Below, piece after piece: positions 36,801 to 46,947 of a DNA stretch of 64,000 bases. Source of the DNA: Verrucomicrobiales bacterium (GTDB lineage Bacteria > Verrucomicrobiota > Verrucomicrobiia > Limisphaerales > UBA9464); assembly GCA_027483345.1 (NCBI GenBank), contig JAIXUV010000080.1, forward strand, positions 1,679-65,678, in the 5' to 3' direction. Made by a program: the position numbers and the translations under genes. The notes under the pieces were generated by a model. That model was not told the origin of the DNA, did not search any database, and worked only from the letters and a program-made list of their open reading frames with translations. Each line of letters opens with the position of its first letter. The first letter of the stretch is position 1.

Positions 36801-39289
36801 GAGTCGCAGTTGTAGAGTAGCACCGAAAAGTTGTCCCGCTCGTGCGGCTGGAGCCGGAGATATTCGATCATCTCGTGCTCAATCGCTGCGGCGGCGGTGC
36901 TCGACTCATCATCGAGAGAAGGCATCGCCGACTCGCTCGATGGCTCGGGCGGTTGATGCAGGGTGTAACCGGCAAAAGCCTGCGTCACGACACGAGGAAG
37001 CGCCTGGGTGTTCTCCCAGACCACCGTCATTTCGGGATAGAGAGGGTGTGCGAGAAGTTGTTCCACTTCCCGGAAGAAAAGCGCCCCAGTAGTGCCATCC
37101 GAGAATGGTGGCCGATCCTTCACGAGCAGCTGTTCGATCAGACCGAGGACCTGTTGCTGACGGCCTGTTGCGGCTTCCATGCGCAACGGGTGCCACGGGC
37201 AAATGACCGTCATGGGAGGACGCCTCCCAGAGCGCTGCACTTGGGCGAGGCCCACCCTCAAGACGATGCGCAGCAGTTGCCGTCTAGCATCCTGATGTTT
37301 GATGCCGTTGATGGTAAGCAGCAGTGCTCGATACCTGGCAGCGACATCGGCAACCTTTTCGCCAGCTAGGGCGCTTTTGCGCAGCGCGAGCACGGCCTCG
37401 GCATATACGGATTCAAACCTGGCAAAGTCCGCCGAAAGCTCCGAGATCTGGTCGGGCAACAGCCAATGGCGGGAAGCGGCGCCCTCTAGCGTTTCCTTCC
37501 ACTGGGCGGCCAGGGATTTGATGCGGTCTTGGGCCGGAATGAATGCGCCACGCCCTCCGCCGCGAGCCACGTCTGCGAAACCTTCCACGCTCTCAAGTGA
37601 CAGCGAAACCGGCAGCCCTTTTCGACCGACGACTTCGTATTCAGCTACGCACTCGACCAAGGCAGTCCCGCGTTGCGCTTGATAGCGGCAAATCGCATCG
37701 AAGTCGGCTGCCTCCTGCCCAAGGACTGAACCGATTGGAAACTTCCAAGATAGCGACAACGTAACAACCTTACGATCCATTCCACCTCGCTGCTTTTGAA
37801 AGACCGAGACGAAGAAGTTCAGGGTCGTTGCCCGTCCCGACTTGCTTGCCCCCTTGAACTTTGGCTTGTCTTTAATCTTCGGGAGAACGTCTTGGGAGTA
37901 GTTGCAAACCAGGGTTTCGGAGAACTGAATCTTCTTTTTGGTGCGAATTTCGAGAGAGCCGTAGGCGCGTTCGAAGAACTCGCAGGCGCGCTGGTTCATC
38001 TCCATGAAGCTGTTCGGCTTCTTTTGCTGCCGCCCTTCAATGACGACATAGGCCCCTTCGAGAGACGACAATCCGCGAATCGCGCGCTGCACGCACTCGA
38101 AGATGCCCTGGAACAGGTCCACACATTCGATCTTCTTCCCGTGAACAAAGTCCTCCCATTCGAGATAAAGAGGGGTGTCCTTCTCCAGTGCATCCGTCCG
38201 GCGTTCAAAAAACTCTCGGAACTCCTCCGATGCGGAGCCGGGCTTGCGCGCGACTTTGGTGAGAGCGTGAAGCACTAAATCGTCGTCCGGCGTAGGGGTG
38301 ATCGCTTCGGCCTCCAAGGCGCTGCGCGTTCGCTCAGCAAAATCCTTGGCAGAGGTCTTCTTCGCTCGGTCGAAACAATGATTGGTGTGATTCCAATCAA
38401 ATTTGAAGAGCAGGTTCCCTGTCGCGGAATTCCTCGTGCCTGTGGATTCGATGTAATCGTGAAACGCAGCCAGGACCGGATCTGGAATGGGCGGCTGCTG
38501 GTCAGGCGACCGAAGTTGAGCGAGCCGACCCCGAAGAACATCCGGGTCCAAGAGTTCCTGGGCTAGCCCGCGCTTATCGAGGTAGCACTCCAGCGAATAG
38601 TGGCTCTTGAACTTGGCCGCCCACTGCGATGGCTGCGCCATCTTTGCTTCGTTCAGTGAACTGAAGCAGTCCTCGAACAGAGGCAGACCAATAATCGGAA
38701 GAGCTTTTCCCGCAGCACGGTTGAGAACTTCGCCCCTGTGAAAATGGGTAAGAACCTCGGTAAGAAACTCCCCGGCTTTCGCCGTCGGGCAGCGTCCGGT
38801 ATCGAACAGGCCCTTGAGCATCGCCTCTGCTTTCCTGCGGTCTTCTGGCAGAAGATTGATGCCGACGTTCTTGGCAACGAAATCGATCCAAATGTGCGCG
38901 ATCTCCTTGGCCTTCAAATCCGAAGCGTCGGTTCTGTCGCTATCGGCAAGTGACGCTTCTGCGTCGTTCTCCACTTCTGCAGTGAGGGTCACTGAACCAT
39001 CGCGCTCCCGATTGCGGACATTCACTGACGACTCAGTCGTCGTGTAGGAAGGATCAACGCCGTGTCCGCGCAATTCGAACTCAGGAAACTTGATTTGGAG
39101 ACGCGTGGCTCTGGCACCGGCTGCATCCTTCGCTCGGATAAAGCCGACCAACTGCTCCGCGGAGAATCCGGAAAGGACGTGAAAGGCGCCCCGAAAATCC
39201 GGATCCTCCTCAAGCTGCGGCCTGAGTTTAAGCAAGACGTATTCAAGTGCGATGGCCCCCACCAGGGCGTCGGGTGCTTTGATGCTCAT
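33833..39289 (-). CDS. dptH: DptH/DndH-like giant restriction protein with a C-terminal FtsK/HerA-type ATPase
   Basis: 1818 aa. C-terminal motifs IAGITGSGKSVLMQNL, LWIIHDEFADWM and FAAQRPDKD. Size and third position in an F-G-H-like trio. ATGA overlap with the upstream gene. Confidence 0.6.
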   Translation of the reverse strand: MSIKAPDALVGAIALEYVLLKLRPQLEEDPDFRGAFHVLSGFSAEQLVGFIRAKDAAGARATRLQIKFPEFELRGHGVDPSYTTTESSVNVRNRERDGSVTLTAEVENDAEASLADSDRTDASDLKAKEIAHIWIDFVAKNVGINLLPEDRRKAEAMLKGLFDTGRCPTAKAGEFLTEVLTHFHRGEVLNRAAGKALPIIGLPLFEDCFSSLNEAKMAQPSQWAAKFKSHYSLECYLDKRGLAQELLDPDVLRGRLAQLRSPDQQPPIPDPVLAAFHDYIESTGTRNSATGNLLFKFDWNHTNHCFDRAKKTSAKDFAERTRSALEAEAITPTPDDDLVLHALTKVARKPGSASEEFREFFERRTDALEKDTPLYLEWEDFVHGKKIECVDLFQGIFECVQRAIRGLSSLEGAYVVIEGRQQKKPNSFMEMNQRACEFFERAYGSLEIRTKKKIQFSETLVCNYSQDVLPKIKDKPKFKGASKSGRATTLNFFVSVFQKQRGGMDRKVVTLSLSWKFPIGSVLGQEAADFDAICRYQAQRGTALVECVAEYEVVGRKGLPVSLSLESVEGFADVARGGGRGAFIPAQDRIKSLAAQWKETLEGAASRHWLLPDQISELSADFARFESVYAEAVLALRKSALAGEKVADVAARYRALLLTINGIKHQDARRQLLRIVLRVGLAQVQRSGRRPPMTVICPWHPLRMEAATGRQQQVLGLIEQLLVKDRPPFSDGTTGALFFREVEQLLAHPLYPEMTVVWENTQALPRVVTQAFAGYTLHQPPEPSSESAMPSLDDESSTAAAAIEHEMIEYLRLQPHERDNFSVLLYNCDSPDLPTAVVESINRINAKREDDKITCQVLLMHRDEDHLRQIYRDLVARGVDTEADPTEASGDFLAKVRVNITAANRLRREGRSQPVDIAYCRDLISREAKPVWEWLSRETATPQELQPHQWSRRLPVSEGDRKVRLQLACPAQTETGWAYLYSLAVLCAPGADDAWVVGKCPVLMRCLDFDDQRVERIFRETHELANWVVNQDELLDRKLLEAQHVKVIRYVQSATHGRNLIISSDARETLLVNTLKEKLKALLASDTPVDVIDRLCKHFMEDANKISGGLVLKAARRANNTNELLGMVLSRYLVQSELGAGRPIAWCFLDDYSQWLGKKEGANIADLLVLAPKTNADGSKHLDVVVTEAKFVTHDALGGAASTSAKQLMDTLSQLTEAMDGEARTIDQDIWLARLSDLLVSQTVVAPGQPPLDTVAWRRAIRQRQCTVRIWGYSHVFVNEPHDLTAQVSTVKGIPAGKGRAGLDSLQETFGPGHVRELLIHYHDANHKATAELRLRNGHPAFGKSKLYHLASKAEGKAPSKKSEQKNPPDDTQGESGAALNPEPPALVTPPSAASGVQVPGSVEKQVADSSATHGSTARASSAPLIALLESRAAMFQSTEEEGRSWLEATTVQLRQALVTRGLPAKLIEGLAPILTPNAGIIKLQGSKDLTVQAVESRVDEIYTSDGIKIINTTPESGRVSIAVERPNRQVLHTEPVLLAYLRSYSEGMLGEKLCVGIREEDGKPLLLDPLNQPHTLIAGITGSGKSVLMQNLILSIAATRSPEEAHIYLIDPKYGVDYRPLDELPHVEVGSGGIIDDPATAVQVLGGLVEEMNARYELFKQAKVANIHGYRRATGKPLPTLWIIHDEFADWMQTEDYKDSVPNIVGRLSVKARAAGIFLLFAAQRPDKDVMPMQLRSQLGNRLILKVDNAGTAEIAMGSKNSGAERLLGRGHMLAKTGDAADPIFAQVPFIDIETTVPQIVRLIRLQHGRPASKTDA

Positions 39290-40851
39290 TCGCGTGAATC
39301 CATCGGGTTGATGACGTAGGTGCAGGCGTCGCTCATGCGGTGCGCCAGACCCATGCCGATGAGGTGCTGAGCAAGCCTGTCTCTGTTCTTTTTGAAATCA
39401 GTTTCGTCGAAGAGGTAATTGAGCACCTCTGCCTTCGCTTCCGTCGGGCCAATCACGATCCGATAGCGTTTGTGGATGTGATTCAAGAAAGCGCTCTCCT
39501 CCAGCGGTGCATTCACGTTCGCAAGCACCAGTGCGCGAAGGAGGTCATCCGTGGGCGCGTAACGATAGCGGTTAGTTCCTCGTTTCGAGGCCAAGCCACA
39601 TCCAGTGGCGAGCGCGGTCAGACCATCAGCCGTCCCATTACGATATAACCGATCTGCGAAGCTGTAGAATTTCTGCGTGAGCGTCTTAGCATCGGGCGCT
39701 TCGAGACGATCCTTCTTGAAGGCGCAAGTGCGAACGAGGTGGTCCGCCAAGTAGTCCTTCTTCGCCAAATCATCTAGCGCGGGATCGGCAAGCGTCTTGT
39801 GGAGTTCGGGGTCGGAGAAGGCCGACTCGTCGATGAACTTGCGGACAGCCATGGCACCAAGACTGTCGTTCTGGAGGTATGAGCCAACTGCCGCTTTCCT
39901 TACGAGATCAGATTTTGGCGCGAGAATTTCACAGATGATCGAGGGCAATTGCGCGTCACCCAGCAAATAGTTCGCAGTCTCGATTCCGTAGAGATAGAGA
40001 TGCAAACCGAGTAACGGCTGTAGATATTGAAAGGCGTCTTGGTCCGGAAGATTCAAACTCAAGATCGCAGCAACGTCATTTGCCATCCGGTCGAATGCTG
40101 GGTGCCTTTTGTAAGGAAGGTATGTCCCTCCCTTCAGGTCACCGCGATCAGGTTCGGGCGACGAGATTAATCGCAGGACCAGTTTGTTGCGTGAAGTATT
40201 CGGGTCGAACGAGGGCGCCAGACTTTCCCGAATCCTAGTGCGTAGTGGTTCAGAAGCGCGCGAAAGCATCAGATACGCGAGCTCACCTGTCCGCGTGAAT
40301 ACGCGCCTTGTTCTTTCAAAGCCTTCGCCCTTTTCCAAAATGGCTTCGTAGAGTGCTGCTGGCCCGATTGGGAAAACGAACTGTGTTGTCCAACTGCGCT
40401 CGCTACCTGGATCTACCGTGATACGGCGCAGTAGCCGGACCACGCTGACCAACTCAGCAAACGTGTCGAAGCGATCGCGAAGATACGAGAAATCTGCCGT
40501 CAGGTGTTCTCCAAGCGAAGCGCCTTCCTTCATTACTCGCAACCAAGTGCTCCAACCCTCCTCGTCGCTCCCTTGAGCATTTCGGAGGATCTCCTCCATC
40601 CGAGGATTGTTGAAAAGCAGGTTACGGAGTTGCAGAGATCGATTGGCAACGTATTCGGGGTTCTCTCCGGGGCGGGTTTCGGAGAGCAGCTTCCCTTGAC
40701 GAAACATCCCCTCCGCCATGCCGAGAAATTCGAGCATCAATGCTGAGAACGGCTGGCGCTCCAAACGGTGGCCCCAAATCGCTTCGGCGATCCATGCCTC
40801 ATTTCTGTCCTTCGAGCCAAAGAACTCCTCGGTGTTTTCTGGAGAAATCAT
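39286..40851 (-). CDS. dptG: DptG/DndG-like protein (middle gene of the trio)
   Basis: 521 aa, no enzymatic motif recognised. The call rests on size, position and ATGA coupling on both sides. Confidence 0.45.
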   Translation of the reverse strand: MISPENTEEFFGSKDRNEAWIAEAIWGHRLERQPFSALMLEFLGMAEGMFRQGKLLSETRPGENPEYVANRSLQLRNLLFNNPRMEEILRNAQGSDEEGWSTWLRVMKEGASLGEHLTADFSYLRDRFDTFAELVSVVRLLRRITVDPGSERSWTTQFVFPIGPAALYEAILEKGEGFERTRRVFTRTGELAYLMLSRASEPLRTRIRESLAPSFDPNTSRNKLVLRLISSPEPDRGDLKGGTYLPYKRHPAFDRMANDVAAILSLNLPDQDAFQYLQPLLGLHLYLYGIETANYLLGDAQLPSIICEILAPKSDLVRKAAVGSYLQNDSLGAMAVRKFIDESAFSDPELHKTLADPALDDLAKKDYLADHLVRTCAFKKDRLEAPDAKTLTQKFYSFADRLYRNGTADGLTALATGCGLASKRGTNRYRYAPTDDLLRALVLANVNAPLEESAFLNHIHKRYRIVIGPTEAKAEVLNYLFDETDFKKNRDRLAQHLIGMGLAHRMSDACTYVINPMDSRE

Positions 40852-42686
40852 TGTTCTGCGAGGTGGATAGGGAGTCGTTGAATCGTGCCAGTCCCGTGAA
40901 CTTCGATCAGGTGCAACGATCGTGAGCTTGCTTTGAGTCGAAGGTCACGGAGGCAGCGTTGTTTGAGCGACATGAAGTCGGCGCAAGATTCCCGCGAAAA
41001 GCTCGACGGCATGGCGCCATCCGCCACGCGGCAGAGGAACTCAAAGCGGGGAAGCGTGAGATGGAATCGAAATTCCCTGCCGTTGGTGCGGAGCAACGCT
41101 TCGGGGACACTGCCGGACTCTTTACGAAGGATCTCCAGGCCGGGCGGGTCCGAATCCAATTCGAGTTGTGCGAGGTGAATGTCACTCACTGGCGACGTCG
41201 TCAGGTCGAGCCCCGTGGCGAGATAGACTTCGTTGGCATTCTCCGCGAGCAGCAGACCGGTCCAGATCCGGTTCAGCCCCGATGCAAGTTTGCGGAGATG
41301 CAGACGGGCTGGTGTTTTTCCTTCCTCAAGCGGTTTGAGGATTTCTTCGAGGTATTCCCGCGCGTGATGGAAGACGGTGATTTTCCACAGCAGATATTTC
41401 TGAAGCTGCGCTTGGGACGCTTGAAGGAAAACTCGGCGTCGCTCAGCGGCAAGCTCGGCCAAAAAGAAGGACATTTCTTCTTCGTCGTTGATGTCGCCGC
41501 GGATGTAGCGCTTGAGCAGGGCATCGAAATCCGGGTTTCGCTGACTAAAGGTGTCAGGCAAGACCAGTTCGTCATGCGCCGTTTTGAGTTCTCCGTCTCT
41601 CGTTCCGAAGATGAGGAGTTCGTCGAGATCATTGGTCGTCTCATCTCCGACGTGGAGCATGGAGAGGAAGCGGTACACTTCACGCTTCCGCCGGTTGCTG
41701 ACGGTGAGGTTTTCTCCAAAAAGTGTCCGATGCAGAGCGGCTTTATGAGCTGTCCTGGACTTCCCGATTGTATTGGCTTCCGCTCCCGGGCGAATGACTC
41801 GGTCTCTGGCGTCGGGATGTCCTAGCAATGCGTTGGAAAGCAAGCAAAGCACCCCTCGCGTTGGCAAATGATGGCCCGTCACATCCGCAATGCGCGCCAG
41901 CATGATGAGCTTGGCCCTCACTTCGGGAGTATTGAGAGCGCGATAATTCCTCGAAAGCGACGAAGACTCCGAGAAGAGGGGCTTGTCGCTCTCTTCTGTG
42001 AAACAGACCCATTCCGGACGGTCGAGAACGGCACCAAGGCAGAGGCTCATGATCTGTTCGCTTGGGACCATGCTCAGATTGATGAGTCGAAGGCGATTGC
42101 CGCTGTCCCTTTCGCAGCGCGCGTGAAGGCCAATCAAATTTTTCTGTAGCCTGCGAACGAGTTCGGGCGTGTCCGTCGGCAGGGCCCGAAACAACTCATG
42201 CATCTGGCCGTCGTTGACGGCTAGGACAAAGAACTCTTCGCTTTCGGCGAACGCAGACTCCGCCATCCTGGCGAGCACGGCGACGTGTTCCGGGCTGAGG
42301 TGACCGTTCGTCTTCTTCCGCCATGCGGTGACATCGTAGATCAAGGTAATCGTGCGCCGTCCTGCGTGAGTTTCGACGGCGACGATTTCAATCCCGCTGT
42401 GTCCCTCGGCGGACTTCCCGGTCAACGCTTGTACCAACTCAAAGCAGAGCGAGGTTTTCCCCTCTCCAGCGGTACCCGTCAGCACTACATTGCGAAATGA
42501 GCCTTTGGAGACTGGAAAACAGTCGAGGATGAGCTGTAGCGCTGGATGATTGAAGGCGAGCTTGGGAACGCCATAATGAGCGGCCAATTTACCGACATGC
42601 TCCGCTTGCATAGCCTCGTTGTCCGCGACAGGACCGTAGGCCCTTAGCAACCGAATCCATTTCTCTCCTTTGGTGAGCGCTGACAT
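40848..42686 (-). CDS. dptF: DptF/DndF-like P-loop ATPase
   Basis: Walker A VVLTGTAGEGKTSLCF about 100 aa from the N-terminus. Start set at the ATG at 42686 (MSALTKGEKW), 13 nt after the sspD-like stop. Confidence 0.5.
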   Translation of the reverse strand: MSALTKGEKWIRLLRAYGPVADNEAMQAEHVGKLAAHYGVPKLAFNHPALQLILDCFPVSKGSFRNVVLTGTAGEGKTSLCFELVQALTGKSAEGHSGIEIVAVETHAGRRTITLIYDVTAWRKKTNGHLSPEHVAVLARMAESAFAESEEFFVLAVNDGQMHELFRALPTDTPELVRRLQKNLIGLHARCERDSGNRLRLINLSMVPSEQIMSLCLGAVLDRPEWVCFTEESDKPLFSESSSLSRNYRALNTPEVRAKLIMLARIADVTGHHLPTRGVLCLLSNALLGHPDARDRVIRPGAEANTIGKSRTAHKAALHRTLFGENLTVSNRRKREVYRFLSMLHVGDETTNDLDELLIFGTRDGELKTAHDELVLPDTFSQRNPDFDALLKRYIRGDINDEEEMSFFLAELAAERRRVFLQASQAQLQKYLLWKITVFHHAREYLEEILKPLEEGKTPARLHLRKLASGLNRIWTGLLLAENANEVYLATGLDLTTSPVSDIHLAQLELDSDPPGLEILRKESGSVPEALLRTNGREFRFHLTLPRFEFLCRVADGAMPSSFSRESCADFMSLKQRCLRDLRLKASSRSLHLIEVHGTGTIQRLPIHLAEQ

Positions 42687-42699
42687 AGCTATGGTGGTA

Positions 42700-43551
42700 T
42701 CAGAGTTGGCAGAGCAGGCATCCTTCGCGCCGCCGTGGCGCTGCTTCGAGACCACCAAGAGTCTGAGCCAGCGAACGGTTCGGCTGGCGTTTTGCAAGCC
42801 GTTCTTGAGTCTTGCGCCAATTCTCTTCGATTTGAGTCATACGAGTGGGTTGCTCCAGGTCTGCGAGTGACTCGTCGCCGCACCAGTAAAACACATTGCC
42901 ATTCACGCGGTTTGGCTTCTCGTAAGCCTTGGCCTGCTCGTAGTATTCCGGGTAGCGCTGCTTCAGGCGAACCCACTCGATCTTCTGCTGGTAAAAGCAA
43001 AAGAAGCAGCCGCTTCGAGTGCGCCCCCACTCTGTGTAGGGAGGCATACCGAGACCCGAATTTTCAAGGATTCGCTGAACGCCCTCGTAGTCAATCCCGT
43101 CTTCTCGAAACGGAAATGCCGCACGAATGTTTGGCTTGTGACTGATGTAACCGACCCGCTCCTCATCCGCTCGAATGCCTACGTAGTTAATGCAAAAGCC
43201 GCTACCAATATAATCCTCAAAGGGCTTTAGTTTCATCAACTCGGTGCACCATCTCCGATGACTGGAGGGGAGCATCCCACCTTTCATGCGCAGCAAATGA
43301 TCAAACGTAGTTCCGAAAGTCGTTCGGACGATCTTGCGGCCCAGATACCCTTCCAAGCGCTCTAGATATTCGTAGGTGTCTGGGAGTTCCTTCGCAGTAT
43401 CATGGAAGATGTATTCCATGTTCGTCACACGATCGCGTAGATAGACTGCGAGCGCCGCGCTGTCCTTGCCTCCGGAAAGACTCAAGACATGACGAACCAT
43501 GGCGGGGTCTTCCGGCCATTTATTGTCCCGAACGAGAGCTTGAGTCGTCAT
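42700..43551 (-). CDS. sspD: PAPS-reductase/PP-loop ATP pyrophosphatase, short form (SspD-like rather than DndC-like)
   Basis: PP-loop VLSLSGGKDSAALAVYL, C-terminal cysteine motif GCFFCFYQ. At 283 aa it is much shorter than the ~500-aa size I recall for DndC. Confidence 0.75.
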   Translation of the reverse strand: MTTQALVRDNKWPEDPAMVRHVLSLSGGKDSAALAVYLRDRVTNMEYIFHDTAKELPDTYEYLERLEGYLGRKIVRTTFGTTFDHLLRMKGGMLPSSHRRWCTELMKLKPFEDYIGSGFCINYVGIRADEERVGYISHKPNIRAAFPFREDGIDYEGVQRILENSGLGMPPYTEWGRTRSGCFFCFYQQKIEWVRLKQRYPEYYEQAKAYEKPNRVNGNVFYWCGDESLADLEQPTRMTQIEENWRKTQERLAKRQPNRSLAQTLGGLEAAPRRREGCLLCQL

Positions 43552-43554
43552 GTG

Positions 43555-46500
43555 TCAGGGTTTCTTGGATTTCTCTACAGCGTTGAGTTCAGTCCAGATC
43601 GCACGCATGGCGGCGGCGAGGCCGTGACGCCCGTGCTTGGACAAGAGCTGCCGAATTTCCGTCTCGACGGCACCGATGCGGCTTTCATCCATTCCATTCC
43701 AATCCACAAGGTCACCAACTTCAGTTCCATCGCTTTTGGTGATGGCAATGCGACAGGCGTGGCCATTGAGCTTTCTGGTCGTGCCGATGAACGTCATCTC
43801 AGTCCGCTTAAACCGACCGGCGGCAATTTCGAGTTGGTGGTGAAACTCCGTCTCGTCGTTGTCCAACCAGCGCTCTGGCGATTTTCGCGCAAGGAGATTC
43901 GCCACGGATTCAACCCAGGCCCGGTCATCGAGCACGGTGTCAGCGAGTCGCAGGGCAAAGGCTTTGAGCGCCGGTTCGGTTACGGCAGCGGCCAGTTGGG
44001 CGGCGCGGTCGGCGATGTTGCTCCTTGCCGCAGGCGTCTTCGCCTCCACATAGAAGGCAGCACAGATCGCGTTGCGCAGGCGTTCGATAAGCTTCGGATA
44101 AGCCGTGCGAATCTCGTGCAGTGCAGTGCGCAAGCGGGCGGCCAGTTCGTCTGGCGTCTTGAGCCCTTCTCCGCCGATAGGTGGGAGGCCACATGCTTCA
44201 GGCAATGCAGTGAAGACCAGTTTCACCGGTTCTCGGCCGTCGAGAAGCGCACGCCGGACGGCCACGGCAGCAGCCGGAAGGTTGTTCGTCTTGCGGCAGT
44301 ATTCGGGAACTTCCCGGCCGATGAAGACAGCCAACGGACGCACGAGATCAATCAGATCCGTTTTGGTGGCATCGCGCGCGTCGATTTGAAGCAAGCGCAG
44401 CAGTTTCGAGAAAACATCAGCACGGACGCCGCTCAGCTCGCAGTATTGGAGGGAAAAGAACTCAGGCTCTTTGGTGATCCGCAGGAAGACGTCGCCGCCA
44501 ACCTCGTGAAGATATGTGCCATCCTCGTAGAGAGCGACGCGCTGGTGGTGTGTCGCAAGATAAATGGCGAGGATAAACGGCTGGAGACCTTCGCGGACTC
44601 CGAATGATGGCATCGAGAGAGCGCGGAGGACCTCGGGAACTGGAACCAAGGCGTCGATGCCTTTCGCCTTTAGCGTATCCGTGATGAGAGCAAGCGACGG
44701 GAGCAAGTTGCACCGATCCTCGCCAGGACTGGGGGCTCGAAACATCCAACCGGACTCGGTCTCTACGTGGAATCCGCCCTGCTTAAGGATAGAGAGATAG
44801 AGCGCCATCTCGGCCGGGCGCTTCGTGTCGTCCATGCCCAGATACGGTTTGTCGGACGCGGTCGCCATGGCCTCGGCCAACTTTGTTCGAGCACTAACCG
44901 CAGCGCTGCTTGGCGAACGGCGATTGATGAGTTCGTTCAAAACTTTCGGAGCTTCCGAATAAATTCGTCGGCACCTGTCCCCAAGGAACGTTAGGAGTTC
45001 TCGCCCGGTGCCCAATTCCTTTGGGCTGCTAGTCCCGTTGTAAAACCACTGGATGCTCTTCCCCGTGGGGATGGCAAGATTATCTAATCCGCCGAGACGA
45101 ATACGGAGGTTCCGTTTGGCCTGATTAATTTGGCGGGAGACCTCTTCGCGAGCATACCGATCCCCCGAGAGTTGCGGAGTGTTCCTCATCACCCACTCCC
45201 ACGCTACCAAGTCGGTAAGCGCAGTTGCAGCCTGGTCAGGCGGTGCGACGACAGCCACGTAAAGCCCCTTGGCGAGGCTGGCCTGCCGTTCGAACAAGAC
45301 CTCTCTGGCTAAGCGCTCCTGTGCTCGGTCAGCCGGCAGGAGGACCCGTAGGTTCAAATCAGCCCCTTCGCCGTCGAGTTGGGGCTGGGTGGCGAGCAGA
45401 TCGCTCAGGCAACTTGCCGGGACGAGTTTTACCTCGGCATACCGCAGCGTGCCGGTCCGCGCGTAGTAGGCCCGCGGAACAAGATGCTCAGAAATAACAT
45501 GGTCGCAGAGGCGCTTGGTGCCGTCACCTTTGCTGGAGGTCGCTTCGACTGCCTTGGCGAAAAGCTCATCGAGGTTCACGGATGTGTGCGGCCAGAGACA
45601 CAGACCTTTGACGGTGCCGCGCTCGTAAATCACACCGCGAGCCCGCAGTGACTTAATCGCGGAACCGACAGCACTCGGGGCACCGCCTACTGATGCGCTA
45701 ACGATCTCCTCCGTAGCGGGGAGGTCAGGAGCATCCAGAAGGCTGAGCATCGCTACCGTCTTGAGCACCGCTTGCTCCTCGGGTGTTTCGCATGGAGTAG
45801 ATGCCAAGACTGACTCGACGACTCCCCAATGCGTGTGCGAGTGCCCCGTCGAAATTGTTGGGAGGAGGTTCAACCGGACAAAATCGAAGAGGTGATGAAT
45901 TCGGTAGTGTCCGGCGATTTCGGCGTGATGCGCAGCGTGCTGCTGAAGCGCCATCGGTTCGGCTGACGAAACGAAGCTAAACAGTGACCGCTCGTTCTGG
46001 CCAAACTTGCGAATAGTCCGTACAAGCACCGGGAGCGTTGCCGGGTGCAACGGGAAAAGTTTCGGCCCGAGGTTGGAGAGGGAAGCGGGGGCAGTTGGTC
46101 CGTAGATTCCGGTCTTGAGAGCAATCACCATGGCCGCGTTCGACTCTTTTATCAGGGCGTCGGGCAGTCGGTGAGTTTCAACGTTAAGCGTTGCGGCGAC
46201 TAACGCAGTGACCTGCTCGATCGGCTGTGCGTAGACTATTTCTTCGAAGCGCCCCGCGACCTTGTCCCATTCGCGGCGTGCCGCCGAATCCAACCCTGCG
46301 GCATATGCGGCAACGCCTTGATGTAGGGTGGCGACAATCACAAAGGCCTTGTCTCCGCTGCGGGCGGCTTCCTCAGCGAGTCGCTGAAGAAGAAAAACAT
46401 CTTCGGACTCAGGGTTCCGCGCGGCGTATTCCAAGTTCTTGCCAAGCTCATCAAGAATGAGGAGTAGTCCCGCATGGCGCTGGATCTTCGCTATATCAAC

Positions 46501-46926
46501 GCACGCCCGGACTGCTTGTAGTACCTCTTCGGTGTTTGGTCGGCCACGACTACTGTCCCATTTCAAGCCAATCGCCCGAAAAACCGTCACGCCGAGCGGC
46601 TCGCTGTCGCCAGTTGCCAATACTGCGCCAAATGTTTTCTGGCCGATAAACCGCCGGAGATCTTTTGGGAGTTCATTCCTAGAGCCTTTCGCAATACGCG
46701 CCAACGCGAGGGCGAAGTCAGTTTTACCCGAACCGTAGTCGCCCGCGATGCGCCACGCACGCTGCGTGGAATTTATCTGAAAACCTGCGGTAATCCGTTC
46801 AATTGCTTGCTGTGCTACGGGTGTGAGGATGTACCCCAGCGAAGAAGTGGGGTCCTTGATGTCGCGCTCAAGGTGAACCGACCGCATGAAGCGTGGGTGA
46901 ATTCGGAGCAATGAGGAAATGTGCAT
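43555..46926 (-). CDS. sspC: large P-loop ATPase (SspC-like)
   Basis: Walker A GDYGSGKTDFALAL and Walker B-like LLLILDELGKN. 1123 aa, sandwiched between the DUF4007 and PAPS-reductase genes with 21-nt and 3-nt gaps. Confidence 0.55.
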   Translation of the reverse strand: MHISSLLRIHPRFMRSVHLERDIKDPTSSLGYILTPVAQQAIERITAGFQINSTQRAWRIAGDYGSGKTDFALALARIAKGSRNELPKDLRRFIGQKTFGAVLATGDSEPLGVTVFRAIGLKWDSSRGRPNTEEVLQAVRACVDIAKIQRHAGLLLILDELGKNLEYAARNPESEDVFLLQRLAEEAARSGDKAFVIVATLHQGVAAYAAGLDSAARREWDKVAGRFEEIVYAQPIEQVTALVAATLNVETHRLPDALIKESNAAMVIALKTGIYGPTAPASLSNLGPKLFPLHPATLPVLVRTIRKFGQNERSLFSFVSSAEPMALQQHAAHHAEIAGHYRIHHLFDFVRLNLLPTISTGHSHTHWGVVESVLASTPCETPEEQAVLKTVAMLSLLDAPDLPATEEIVSASVGGAPSAVGSAIKSLRARGVIYERGTVKGLCLWPHTSVNLDELFAKAVEATSSKGDGTKRLCDHVISEHLVPRAYYARTGTLRYAEVKLVPASCLSDLLATQPQLDGEGADLNLRVLLPADRAQERLAREVLFERQASLAKGLYVAVVAPPDQAATALTDLVAWEWVMRNTPQLSGDRYAREEVSRQINQAKRNLRIRLGGLDNLAIPTGKSIQWFYNGTSSPKELGTGRELLTFLGDRCRRIYSEAPKVLNELINRRSPSSAAVSARTKLAEAMATASDKPYLGMDDTKRPAEMALYLSILKQGGFHVETESGWMFRAPSPGEDRCNLLPSLALITDTLKAKGIDALVPVPEVLRALSMPSFGVREGLQPFILAIYLATHHQRVALYEDGTYLHEVGGDVFLRITKEPEFFSLQYCELSGVRADVFSKLLRLLQIDARDATKTDLIDLVRPLAVFIGREVPEYCRKTNNLPAAAVAVRRALLDGREPVKLVFTALPEACGLPPIGGEGLKTPDELAARLRTALHEIRTAYPKLIERLRNAICAAFYVEAKTPAARSNIADRAAQLAAAVTEPALKAFALRLADTVLDDRAWVESVANLLARKSPERWLDNDETEFHHQLEIAAGRFKRTEMTFIGTTRKLNGHACRIAITKSDGTEVGDLVDWNGMDESRIGAVETEIRQLLSKHGRHGLAAAMRAIWTELNAVEKSKKP

Positions 46927-46947
46927 GTCTGTCGTGACGGGGTGCGA

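Noticed and set aside
43489-44607. 372-aa plus-strand ORF antisense to the sspC-like gene
   Set aside because: It is a shadow ORF fully embedded in a better-supported gene, with no motifs and no plausible ribosome-binding context.
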